From assembly GCA_965203555.1 (NCBI GenBank), contig CBDBCY010000002.1, forward strand, positions 32,001 through 96,000: DNA of 64,000 nucleotides. The letters run 5' to 3'. Of this stretch, positions 17,808 through 26,233 are shown one piece after another. The translations under genes were made by a program, and so were the position numbers. Under the pieces are notes generated by a model. The model saw only the letters and a program-made list of their open reading frames with translations, was not told the DNA's origin and searched no databases. The stretch comes from Acidimicrobiia bacterium. Lineage in GTDB: Bacteria; Actinomycetota; Acidimicrobiia; Spongiisociales; ZC4RG35. The stretch's first letter is position 1; every line of letters begins with the position of its first letter.

Positions 17808-18020
17808 CGCCGCTATTCCAACCGGCGCTTACGCCATGGTCCCGTCGATCGCGTACCACCGAAACACATAGTCCCTCTCGGTCTGGGGGACAATTCCGGG
17901 GGACACTCTCCTTGTCCTGGCTTCGACCCGCGCCGGGGAAAGGACACGAAGGCCTGAAATCTCGACACGGAACTCACCGGGTCGATCAGGTCGTGAGGTT
18001 TATGTAGTTGTGAGTGCCTG

Positions 18021-19211
18021 CTAGCGGATCCAGTAGGCGTCCTCGCCGTGCTGGGCGATGTCCAGGCCGATGATCTCATCCTCGGCGCTGGCTCGCAGGC
18101 CGATGGTCCTGTCCAGGATCTTGGCAAGCACCCAGGTGGCGCAGAAACTGAAAGCGATCACGGCCAGCACCGCCACTATCTGCTTGCCGAAGAAGGCGGC
18201 CCCGCCGTAGATAAGTCCGTTGAACTCACCGTAGGCGGTGGATGAGAACACCCCGGTGAGGATTGAGCCGATGATTCCACCGACCATGTGAATCCCCACC
18301 ACGTCCAGCGAATCGTCGTAACCGAACTTCTCCTTGAGGCTAACGACCAGCGAGCAGACGTACCCGCCCACCACGCCGATGACGATGGCGGCGGAAGGGC
18401 TCACGAACCCGGCTGCCGGGGTGATGGCGACCAGTCCCGCCACCGCTCCCGACACCAACCCCAGCAGGGTGGGGCGGCGATGGCGAACCCAGTCGGAGAC
18501 CATCCAGCCGAATGCTCCCAGGGCCGCGCCGAGTTGGGTGTTGAGCAGGGCCGTGACGGCTGCTCCGTCGGCGGCGAGGGCCGAACCGGCGTTGAATCCG
18601 AACCATCCGAACCACAGCATCCCGGTTCCGATCAGCGTGATGGGAAGCGAATGCGGAGGATGTTCGAGGCCGAAATCCTGCCGGGGACCCAGCACCCTGA
18701 TCAACGCCAGGGCGGCGATCCCCGAGTTGATGTGGATCACGTAACCACCGGCGAAGTCGCGGGCTCCCCAGGAGAAAAGCAGTCCGTCACCGGCAAATCC
18801 CCAATGGGCGACCACCGGATAGATCAGAAGGGACCACAGGGCTGCGAAGATCACCCAGGATGCGAACTTCATTCTTCCGGCCACCGCGCCGGCGATCAGG
18901 GCGGGAGTGATGATGGCGAACATCATCTGGAAGGATGCGAACAGGGTCTCGTCGCTGCTCAGGCCGTCCAATCCCATTTTGCTGAGATCTCCGATGAGAC
19001 CAAGACCGCCCGCCGAGGCGCCGAAGGCCAGGGAGAAGCCGACGATAACCCAGATCACGGTGGCGATAGGGATGGTGACGATGTTCATCATCAGCATGTT
19101 GACCACGTTCTTGGTGTTCACCATTCCGCCGTAGAAGAGCGCCAGTCCCGGCACCATGAACAGCACCAAAGCGGAGGCGGTGACCATCCATGCAATATCT
19201 CCAGTACCCAA
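18021..19211 (-). CDS. amt: Ammonium transporter
   Basis: TGDIAW...LFMVPGLALFYGG, DFAGG..IH, LWFGWFGFNAGS, DDSLDVVGIH. TTG start after AGGAGAAAGGA. Confidence 0.95.
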   Translation of the reverse strand: MGTGDIAWMVTASALVLFMVPGLALFYGGMVNTKNVVNMLMMNIVTIPIATVIWVIVGFSLAFGASAGGLGLIGDLSKMGLDGLSSDETLFASFQMMFAIITPALIAGAVAGRMKFASWVIFAALWSLLIYPVVAHWGFAGDGLLFSWGARDFAGGYVIHINSGIAALALIRVLGPRQDFGLEHPPHSLPITLIGTGMLWFGWFGFNAGSALAADGAAVTALLNTQLGAALGAFGWMVSDWVRHRRPTLLGLVSGAVAGLVAITPAAGFVSPSAAIVIGVVGGYVCSLVVSLKEKFGYDDSLDVVGIHMVGGIIGSILTGVFSSTAYGEFNGLIYGGAAFFGKQIVAVLAVIAFSFCATWVLAKILDRTIGLRASAEDEIIGLDIAQHGEDAYWIR

Positions 19212-19258
19212 AACGAATCCTTTCTCCTGCAATATGGTGACGCTGTCGGCGAAAGAAA

Positions 19259-19292
19259 CCGGTCACTCCACCGGGCCGGTCACTCCACCGGG
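19259..19292. repeat. Perfect 17-bp tandem repeat of palindromic units upstream of amt
   Basis: CCGGTCACTCCACCGGG twice; each unit is CCGGT-N6-ACCGG. Confidence 0.9.
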
Positions 19293-19396
19293 ACTATTCA
19301 CCTGACATGTGATGATACCTGTCGAGTGGCCGGCCACACGGACAAGGAGCCTCTGCGGGCTGGGTGAATAGTCGGTTCGGCCCGGAGCGCGGGGAT

Positions 19397-20350
19397 TCAG
19401 CCGTCGGCGAGTTCTTCGATCAGTTTGGGCATCACCTTGTGGACGTCGCCCACGATCCCCAGGTCGGCGATGGTGAAAATGGGAGCATCGGGATCCTTGT
19501 TGATGGCGATGATGGTCTTGGCGTCCTTCATGCCGACCAGGTGCTGCATGGCGCCCGATATCCCGCATGCGATGTAGACATCGGGCTTGACCGTCTTGCC
19601 GGTCTGTCCCACCTGCTTCGCGTAGGGCACCCACCCCGCGTCCACGATGGCGCGGGTGGCGCCGGTGGCGGCGCCCAGTGGACCGGCCACACCCTCCACC
19701 AAGGAGTAGTGTTCCGCCGCTCCCAGTCCCCGGCCGCCGGAGACGATCACCGCCGCTTCCTCCAGGTCCGGTCCTTTCCTCTCCCTCATGTGGCGTTCGG
19801 TGACCACCGCGTTGGATCCACCCACGTCGGGCAGGTCCACTCCCACCACTTCCGGCGTGGATCCGCCTACCGGCTCGGCCGGAAAAGACTTGGGCCGGGC
19901 GATCACCAGATGGGGCCCCGAAGATGAGAAGACAGCCTCCGCGATCTCGGAGCCTCCTGATATTTCGTGACGGGAGCCGACCCTCCCGGCCGGATCCAGG
20001 GTCACGTCCACTGCATTGGAAAGGACCGGCAGACCCATCCGCGCCGCCAGGCGGCCCGCCACGTCGCGGTCGGTGTAGGCCTGGCCGAAGAGAATCAGAT
20101 CGGGCGCATGGTCGGAGGCCAATGAAGCCGTGGCCGCTGCCACCGGCGCGGCGGCCAGGAGATCGCCGTGGTCGAAATGAAAGGCCCGGGCGGCGCCGTG
20201 CTCGCCGAGAGTCTCCCAGGCCTGGGCGGACCCGGCGCCGGCATACAGCACCGTGGCGGCGCCCAGTTGGCGGGCCTTGGCCAACAGTTCCAGTCCGAGG
20301 GTGGAAGGACCGCCGTCGGTCTCCTCGCAGAAAGTCCAGACTTGCGCCAC
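19397..20350 (-). CDS. etfA: Electron transfer flavoprotein alpha subunit
   Basis: [46 protein letters not shown]. Confidence 0.95.
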   Translation of the reverse strand: MAQVWTFCEETDGGPSTLGLELLAKARQLGAATVLYAGAGSAQAWETLGEHGAARAFHFDHGDLLAAAPVAAATASLASDHAPDLILFGQAYTDRDVAGRLAARMGLPVLSNAVDVTLDPAGRVGSRHEISGGSEIAEAVFSSSGPHLVIARPKSFPAEPVGGSTPEVVGVDLPDVGGSNAVVTERHMRERKGPDLEEAAVIVSGGRGLGAAEHYSLVEGVAGPLGAATGATRAIVDAGWVPYAKQVGQTGKTVKPDVYIACGISGAMQHLVGMKDAKTIIAINKDPDAPIFTIADLGIVGDVHKVMPKLIEELADG

Positions 20351-20352
20351 GG

Positions 20353-21111
20353 CTAGATCACCTTCACTTCCTGCAGTTTCTCCAAGATCAACAGGTGCCC
20401 CTCTCCCTCGTCCTCCGCTATCACTCCGGCTTCCCTCTCCGGCGCCGGTGAAACCGAGACGACCTCCTGTTCGATAGAGATCGTCACTCCCAGGTCGGCG
20501 GCCGAAAACGTCTCGGTCGGCTTGCGCTTGGCCTGCATGATCCCCCTAAAGGTCGGATAGCGGGGTTCGACCACTCCGGCCGTCACCGACAACACCGCCG
20601 GAAGCCCGGAGACCACCACGTCGTAACCGGCGCTGGTCTGGCGGTGGATGGTCACCTGGTCATCCGCCACCTCCACGCGGGTGGCGTAGGTCATCGCCGC
20701 CACTGCGAGCAGTTCGGCCATCATCTGGGGAACCACCCCCGAGTATCCGTCGGTGGACTCGGTGCCGCAGATGATCAGGTCGAATCCGGTCTGCTCGGCG
20801 GCGGCCGCCAGGATGCGGGCCGTGGTCAGGGCGTCGGCGCCTTCCAACGCATCGTCTTCGATTATCACCGCCTGGTCGGCGCCCATCGCCAGGGCCTGAC
20901 GAATGCCCTGGGCGCGGCCCACCGGGCCCATCGACAGCAGGGTGACGGTGCCTCCGCTCGACTCGGCGAGGCGCAACCCCATCTCGACGCCGTAGCGGTC
21001 GGTGTCGTCGAGGATCTGGTCCTCGGTCCGGACCAACCGGTGGGTATCCGGATCGAATCGCGACGGATTCGCCGGATCAGGAATCTGCTTGACGCACACC
21101 ATTATTCGCAT
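20353..21111 (-). CDS. etfB: Electron transfer flavoprotein beta subunit
   Basis: [42 protein letters not shown]. Confidence 0.95.
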   Translation of the reverse strand: MRIMVCVKQIPDPANPSRFDPDTHRLVRTEDQILDDTDRYGVEMGLRLAESSGGTVTLLSMGPVGRAQGIRQALAMGADQAVIIEDDALEGADALTTARILAAAAEQTGFDLIICGTESTDGYSGVVPQMMAELLAVAAMTYATRVEVADDQVTIHRQTSAGYDVVVSGLPAVLSVTAGVVEPRYPTFRGIMQAKRKPTETFSAADLGVTISIEQEVVSVSPAPEREAGVIAEDEGEGHLLILEKLQEVKVI

Positions 21112-21144
21112 GAGCGAACCTAAGGTTACTAGCTCCCGACCCGC

Positions 21145-21969
21145 TCAAATCCGCGGCAGGAGAGCAGTGAGCAGTCTCCTGAAGTCCCCTTTCACCAGTT
21201 CCGCCGTGGCCGTCACGTCCTCGTGGGTGAGACGGTGGTCGGCGATCCCGGCGGCCAGGTTGGTCACCACCGACAGCCCTATCACCCGCCGCCGCATGTG
21301 GCGTGCGCAGATGACCTCGGGCACGGTGGACATCCCCACCAGGTCGGCGCCCAGGCGGCGGGCCATCTGCACCTCGGCGGGCGTCTCGAAGGTGGGGCCC
21401 AGGAACCAGGCGTACACCCCTTCCGACATGGGGATGTTCTGTTCGGCCGCCACCTCGCGGACCAGGCGCCGCAGCCGGGGGGTGTAGGTGTCCGACATGT
21501 CGGGAAACCGGGTCCCCAGGCGGGAGTCGTTGGGACCCACCAGTGGATTGATGCCCGCCAGATTGATGTGATCTGAGATCAACACTATCGACCCGGCAGT
21601 CAAGCCGTCTCCACATCCTCCCGCGGCGTTGGTCACCACCAGAGTGTGACATCCGGCGGTCAGCGAAGCTCTTACCGCAAAGGTCAACACGTCAGGGCTG
21701 TAGCCCTCGTAGGCGTGGACCCTCCCCGAGAGCAGGAGAACACGGTTGTCACCGAACGAGGTCGAGTGAAGGGTCCCGGCGTGGCCTGTGACGGCAGGGA
21801 CCGGGAAGCCGGGTATGTCCGGGTAGGGGACCGCAATGGCCTCCGGCAGATGCTCGGGGAAGTCTCCCGACGCCGAGCCGAGCACCGCCACCACGTCATG
21901 GCGAGGGTGGCCGGTGGCATCGGCAATGGCCTTCGCGGCGATTTCCAGTCTTTCGTAAAGCTCGGTCAT
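21145..21969 (-). CDS. punA: Purine-nucleoside phosphorylase
   Basis: VLGS, GHAG, GRVHAYEG, TNAAGG, GPTFETPAE, VGMSTVPE, VTNLAAG. Confidence 0.93.
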   Translation of the reverse strand: MTELYERLEIAAKAIADATGHPRHDVVAVLGSASGDFPEHLPEAIAVPYPDIPGFPVPAVTGHAGTLHSTSFGDNRVLLLSGRVHAYEGYSPDVLTFAVRASLTAGCHTLVVTNAAGGCGDGLTAGSIVLISDHINLAGINPLVGPNDSRLGTRFPDMSDTYTPRLRRLVREVAAEQNIPMSEGVYAWFLGPTFETPAEVQMARRLGADLVGMSTVPEVICARHMRRRVIGLSVVTNLAAGIADHRLTHEDVTATAELVKGDFRRLLTALLPRI

Positions 21970-22080
21970 GGGAGGGTCAGCAGGCAGGTACCGGTCACAT
22001 GGTTCATGGTAGTTGCGGGCTTGGGAGAGGCCAGATGTGCTATCGTTGGAAAAGGGGTCGGGTTGAGAGGAGGATCTGTC

Positions 22081-22452
22081 GTGCCAACCGGCGAGGCTCC
22101 CGTCTTGGTGGAACACCCACCTCCCACCGAGAAGGCGGTGGACCAGGCCATAAAACAGGCCGTCGAGGGCTACAAACAAGTCTTCGGCGACCGCTTGGCC
22201 CAGGTGTGGCTGTTCGGATCGCGGGCGTTGGGAACTCATCAGCCCCACTCCGATGTCGATTTGCTGGTTGTTCTGCACGAGGAAGAAGACCTCCTCTCCG
22301 AGTTGAGGCGCATCTGTTCGGTGGCGGAACCCATTCGTCTCTCCAGCAGAGTTTTCATAGACGGCCACCCCACCACCCTGCAGGAACTTGACAACAGCAA
22401 CGACGACTACCACCATTTCATAAGACGCGAGGGAAGACGAATCGATGCCTGA
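22081..22452 (+). CDS. Minimal nucleotidyltransferase (MNT) domain protein
   Basis: LFGSRALG...SDVDLLVVL; GAGGAGG upstream. Confidence 0.85.
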   Translation: MPTGEAPVLVEHPPPTEKAVDQAIKQAVEGYKQVFGDRLAQVWLFGSRALGTHQPHSDVDLLVVLHEEEDLLSELRRICSVAEPIRLSSRVFIDGHPTTLQELDNSNDDYHHFIRREGRRIDA

Positions 22453-22767
22453 GCAGGACATCGACTTGTTGATGGATTACAGCCTCCGCGAGCAGCTCAC
22501 CGGTGGAGTTTCCCCTCCTTCTCCGGGTCAATCACACCACCAATTCGAATGTCCCGATTCCATCAAACTGGGGTAACACCTGGGGGGCTTCGGTAATGGG
22601 TCAGGTTGAGGGGCAGATGTGCAGGTTAGAGAGTCCGCGTAGGTGATACCTAGCCGTTGTCCCTGCTCGGAGGCAGTTTCCCCTTGCCCCGACCACCCCA
22701 ACTATTGGCCTCCGGTCGAGGAAAATGCGCCTGCGCAATAGCTGAGCGGTCGCGAACGTAATACCAA

Positions 22768-24093
22768 TCAATCCATCTCGCTGCTTCGGATTCTTTCACC
22801 TACCAGGGCAGGAGGCTCGGGTTGATCTTCGGTAATCGACCATGCGCCGGCCAGCATGGCCCGCACCGACCGCCATCGGGCCTCCTCCCGGTAGGCGACC
22901 TCGGCCAGGGGCTGACCCTTTTCCACCCGATCACCCGGTTTGGCCAGCATGGTGATGCCCACCCCCGGATCTATGGAGTCCTCCTTGCGCTCCCGGCCCG
23001 CTCCCAGCCGGGTGGCGGCGACACCCACGGTCAGGGCGTGGCAGGAGTCGACCCATCCCGATGCGGAAGCAACCACCTCGGCTCGCTTTCCGGCCTTTGG
23101 CAGCATGGAGGGATCGTCCACCACCGCCGGATCGCCGCCCTGGGCTTCCACCACCCGCCTGAAGACCTCGAGGGCCGCGCCGGACTTCACGGCGGCGGTC
23201 AGCAACTGCTCGGCGGCGGCCTCGTCGGCGGCTCTCCCGGCCAGGAGCAACATCTCCGACCCCAGAGCCAGGGTCAACTCCCACAGGTCTTCGGGGCCCT
23301 CACCGCGAAGGGTCTGAATCGACTCTGCGATCTCCGAGGCGTTACCGATCTCTCTGCCCAGGGGAGATCCCATGCTGGTCAGAAAGGCAGTGGTGCTCAC
23401 ACCATGCGCTTTTCCCAGGCCCACCATGGTGGTGGCCAGTGCCCGGGCGCGGGCCGGGTCGGGCATGAACGCCCCGGCGCCGGTCTTGACGTCCAGGACC
23501 AGGCCGTCCAGGTCTTCGGCCAATTTCTTGGACATGATCGAGGAGGCGATCAGGGGAAGCGATGGAACCGTGCCGGTAGCGTCTCGGAGGGCGTAGAGCT
23601 TGGCGTCGGCGGGCGCAAGATTCTCCGACTGGCCGCCGTAGACCATGCCGTGGGTACGGAGCACCTCCATGAATTGATCGGAACTCAAAGAGGTGCTCAG
23701 ACCCGGGATCGCTTCAAGCTTGTCCCTGGTGCCGCCGGTGTGACCCAGACCTCGACCGGTCAGGGTGGGCGCCAACACCCCGCAGGCCCTGACCATGGGA
23801 AGAAGGGGGATGGTCACCTTGTCACCCACCCCTCCCGTGGAGTGCTTGTCCACCTTGGGGCCGTCCAGCCCCGACAAGTCGAGAGTCTCGCCCGAGTACA
23901 GCATGGCCTCGGTCCAAGTCGCCAGTTCCGCAGGGTCAAGACCCCGCAGGTACACGGCCATGGCCATGGCCGCCATCTGGTAGTCGGTCACCTCGCCGGA
24001 GGTGAAGGCGGAGATGAGCCACCGGATCTGTTCCGACGACAGCGGCAGGCCGTCCCGTTTGAGTTCGATCAATTCAACAGCGGTGTATTTCAT
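22768..24093 (-). CDS. deoA: Thymidine/pyrimidine-nucleoside phosphorylase
   Basis: DYQMAA, VDKHSTGGVGDK, GRGLGHTGGTRDKLE, SIMSKK, LDVKTGAGAFM. Confidence 0.93.
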   Translation of the reverse strand: MKYTAVELIELKRDGLPLSSEQIRWLISAFTSGEVTDYQMAAMAMAVYLRGLDPAELATWTEAMLYSGETLDLSGLDGPKVDKHSTGGVGDKVTIPLLPMVRACGVLAPTLTGRGLGHTGGTRDKLEAIPGLSTSLSSDQFMEVLRTHGMVYGGQSENLAPADAKLYALRDATGTVPSLPLIASSIMSKKLAEDLDGLVLDVKTGAGAFMPDPARARALATTMVGLGKAHGVSTTAFLTSMGSPLGREIGNASEIAESIQTLRGEGPEDLWELTLALGSEMLLLAGRAADEAAAEQLLTAAVKSGAALEVFRRVVEAQGGDPAVVDDPSMLPKAGKRAEVVASASGWVDSCHALTVGVAATRLGAGRERKEDSIDPGVGITMLAKPGDRVEKGQPLAEVAYREEARWRSVRAMLAGAWSITEDQPEPPALVGERIRSSEMD

Positions 24094-25277
24094 GCCACTT
24101 CCTTCCAAAACGATGAGCCGCTGTCGGGCGCCGGAAGGCCGAAACCTTCGGCGATGGTAGCCGCCACATCCGAGAATTGCCCGCGAACCCCGAGATCGAC
24201 GCCCGCCGCGTTGCGGCCCGCCACCAGCAACGGGACGAACTCACGGGTGTGATCGGTGGAGTCACCGGTGGGATCGGTGCCGTGGTCGGCGGTTATGAAC
24301 AGCAGATCCCGATCCCCCAACTCATCCACCAGTCCCCGAATCGCCGCGTCGATCACAGCCAGAGCCTCGGCATATCCGTGGGGGTCCTGGCGATGACCGT
24401 ACCTCATGTCCAGGTCCACCAGGTTGGTGAAGATCAACCCGGCCCGGTCTTCGGCCACCATCCTGCAGATGGCCTCCACCGTTCTGTCCAGTCCGTCTCG
24501 GTCCCCTTCGGTGTGGTCGGCGCGGGTCATGCCCCTTCCGCAGAACAGGTCTTCGGTCTTGCCGATCCCCCACACCGCCAGGCCGGCGTCGAACACCCGG
24601 TCCAAAAGCGTGGGAGCGGGGGGAGGCATGGAGAAGTCCTTGCGGTCGTAGGTACGATGAAAGCTACCCGGTTCGCCGATGAAGGGCCGGGCAATCACCC
24701 TCCCGATCCGATACCGGTTGCAGTGCCGCCGGGCTATCTCGCACAGGCGGTACAACTCCGAAATGGTGAGAACCCTGGTGTGACAGGCGATCTGGAACAC
24801 CGAATCGGCCGATGTGTAGAGAATCGGATGTCCGGTGGCCAGATGCTCGGCGCCCAGTTCTTCGATGATCACCGTTCCCGAGGCTGCAACATTTCCCAGA
24901 AAGTGTCGTCCGGATTCGGCTTCTATGGGACGGGTCAGTTCAGAGGGAAACCCCCGCGGAAAGAGGCTGTGAGGTCGGGTGGTCCGCAGTCCGGCTATCT
25001 CCCAATGGCCGGTGGTGGAATCCTTTCCCACCGAACTCGGAGTCATTCGGCCGAAGGCCATGGTTGGCCGCCGGGCCGGGGGCACTCCGGGCAGGCTGTG
25101 CAGGTTGCCCAGTCCGGCGGCGCCGAGGCTGGGTAGCCGCAGGCCCCCGACCGCCCGGGCGACGTTGCCCAAGGTGTCCGCTCCGGCGTCTCCGTATTGA
25201 TCGGCGTCGGGCGCTTCGCCCGCCCCGCAAGAGTCGAGCACCATCACCACCGCTCGCTCCAGGGGCGGCAGGCTCAC
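24090..25277 (-). CDS. deoB: Phosphopentomutase
   Basis: VLDSCGAG, GKDSTTGHWE, YTSADSVFQ, RVIARPF, NLVDLD..YGHR, TADHGTDP...DHTRE. Confidence 0.95.
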   Translation of the reverse strand: MSLPPLERAVVMVLDSCGAGEAPDADQYGDAGADTLGNVARAVGGLRLPSLGAAGLGNLHSLPGVPPARRPTMAFGRMTPSSVGKDSTTGHWEIAGLRTTRPHSLFPRGFPSELTRPIEAESGRHFLGNVAASGTVIIEELGAEHLATGHPILYTSADSVFQIACHTRVLTISELYRLCEIARRHCNRYRIGRVIARPFIGEPGSFHRTYDRKDFSMPPPAPTLLDRVFDAGLAVWGIGKTEDLFCGRGMTRADHTEGDRDGLDRTVEAICRMVAEDRAGLIFTNLVDLDMRYGHRQDPHGYAEALAVIDAAIRGLVDELGDRDLLFITADHGTDPTGDSTDHTREFVPLLVAGRNAAGVDLGVRGQFSDVAATIAEGFGLPAPDSGSSFWKEVA

Positions 25278-25564
25278 GGTGACTTACCCCCATGGACGAC
25301 TCTGCCATTGCGCACCGTCACCCCTTCCCGGCGAAGCTTGCGGGCCTGTGCCGCCCGGTCGGGCGCCACCAGTCGGCCATCGGCTCTGACCACCCTCCAC
25401 CACGGGACGGGCTCGGCGGTGGCTTTCAGGAGATTGCCGACCGCCCGGGCCGCTCCCCGGTGCCCGGCGGCGGAGGCCACTTCGCCGTAGCTGATCACCT
25501 GTCCCTCACCCAAGGCGCCCAGGACTTCCAACACCGCCCCCTCAAAGTCCACCTCCTCCGGCAT
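25274..25564 (-). CDS. MGMT-family alkyltransferase-like DNA-binding protein
   Basis: SYGEVA...AARAVG...VPWWRVVRADG. PWWRV in place of PCHRV indicates ATL type. Confidence 0.85.
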   Translation of the reverse strand: MPEEVDFEGAVLEVLGALGEGQVISYGEVASAAGHRGAARAVGNLLKATAEPVPWWRVVRADGRLVAPDRAAQARKLRREGVTVRNGRVVHGGKSP

Positions 25565-25572
25565 CTTCCGGC

Positions 25573-26223
25573 TCAGTGGGGCGTTCCGAACAGCCGGTCT
25601 CCCATGTCGCCCAGCCCGGGGAGGATGTAGCTGTTGCGATCGAGGCCGCGGTCGTGACCGGCTGTCAGCACCGGTGTGTCGGGATGTCGCCGGGACATGG
25701 TTTCCGCCCCCGGGGGACAGGTGACCATGCACAGGCAGATGATGTCCTCACCCCCTTCGGCCTTGACCAGGTCGACGGCTTCGGCCAGGGATCCCCCCGT
25801 GGCCAACATGGGTTCGAGCACCAGCACCCGGGCGCCGGACAGGGAAGGGAACTTGGTGTAGTAGCCCACCGGCCGAACGGTCTCGGGGTCCCGCTGCAGT
25901 CCGACATAGCCCACCGACGAGTCCCCGAGCACGTCCAGAGCGCCGTCCAGCATACCGACTCCCGCTCGCAGCACCGGCGCCAGCACGGTGGGTTTCCCGA
26001 GCCGACCACCCACGAATCCGCCTTCCATGGGGGTTTCGATCTCAACGGGCGCCAAGGGCAGGTCTGCCACCGCTTCGGCGACCAGCAATCTGGTCAGTCG
26101 GCGGCTTGCCTCCCGGTACTCCCGGATCTCGGTCCTCCGGTCCCGGAGGATGGTCAGATAGTGGACGACCAGGGGGTGTTCAACCACTTTGAGGGTGGAT
26201 GGCGCCGCATCGGAGACTGTCAT
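25573..26223 (-). CDS. upp: Uracil phosphoribosyltransferase
   Basis: HPLV...LRD, PVLRAG, EPMLATGGS, YILPGLGDMGDRLFGT. Confidence 0.95.
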   Translation of the reverse strand: MTVSDAAPSTLKVVEHPLVVHYLTILRDRRTEIREYREASRRLTRLLVAEAVADLPLAPVEIETPMEGGFVGGRLGKPTVLAPVLRAGVGMLDGALDVLGDSSVGYVGLQRDPETVRPVGYYTKFPSLSGARVLVLEPMLATGGSLAEAVDLVKAEGGEDIICLCMVTCPPGAETMSRRHPDTPVLTAGHDRGLDRNSYILPGLGDMGDRLFGTPH

Positions 26224-26233
26224 GTCATATACC

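Noticed and set aside
17910-17946. tRNA downstream of the sigma gene (GGCTTCGACCC resembles a T-loop)
   Set aside because: No cloverleaf, acceptor stem or CCA can be built.
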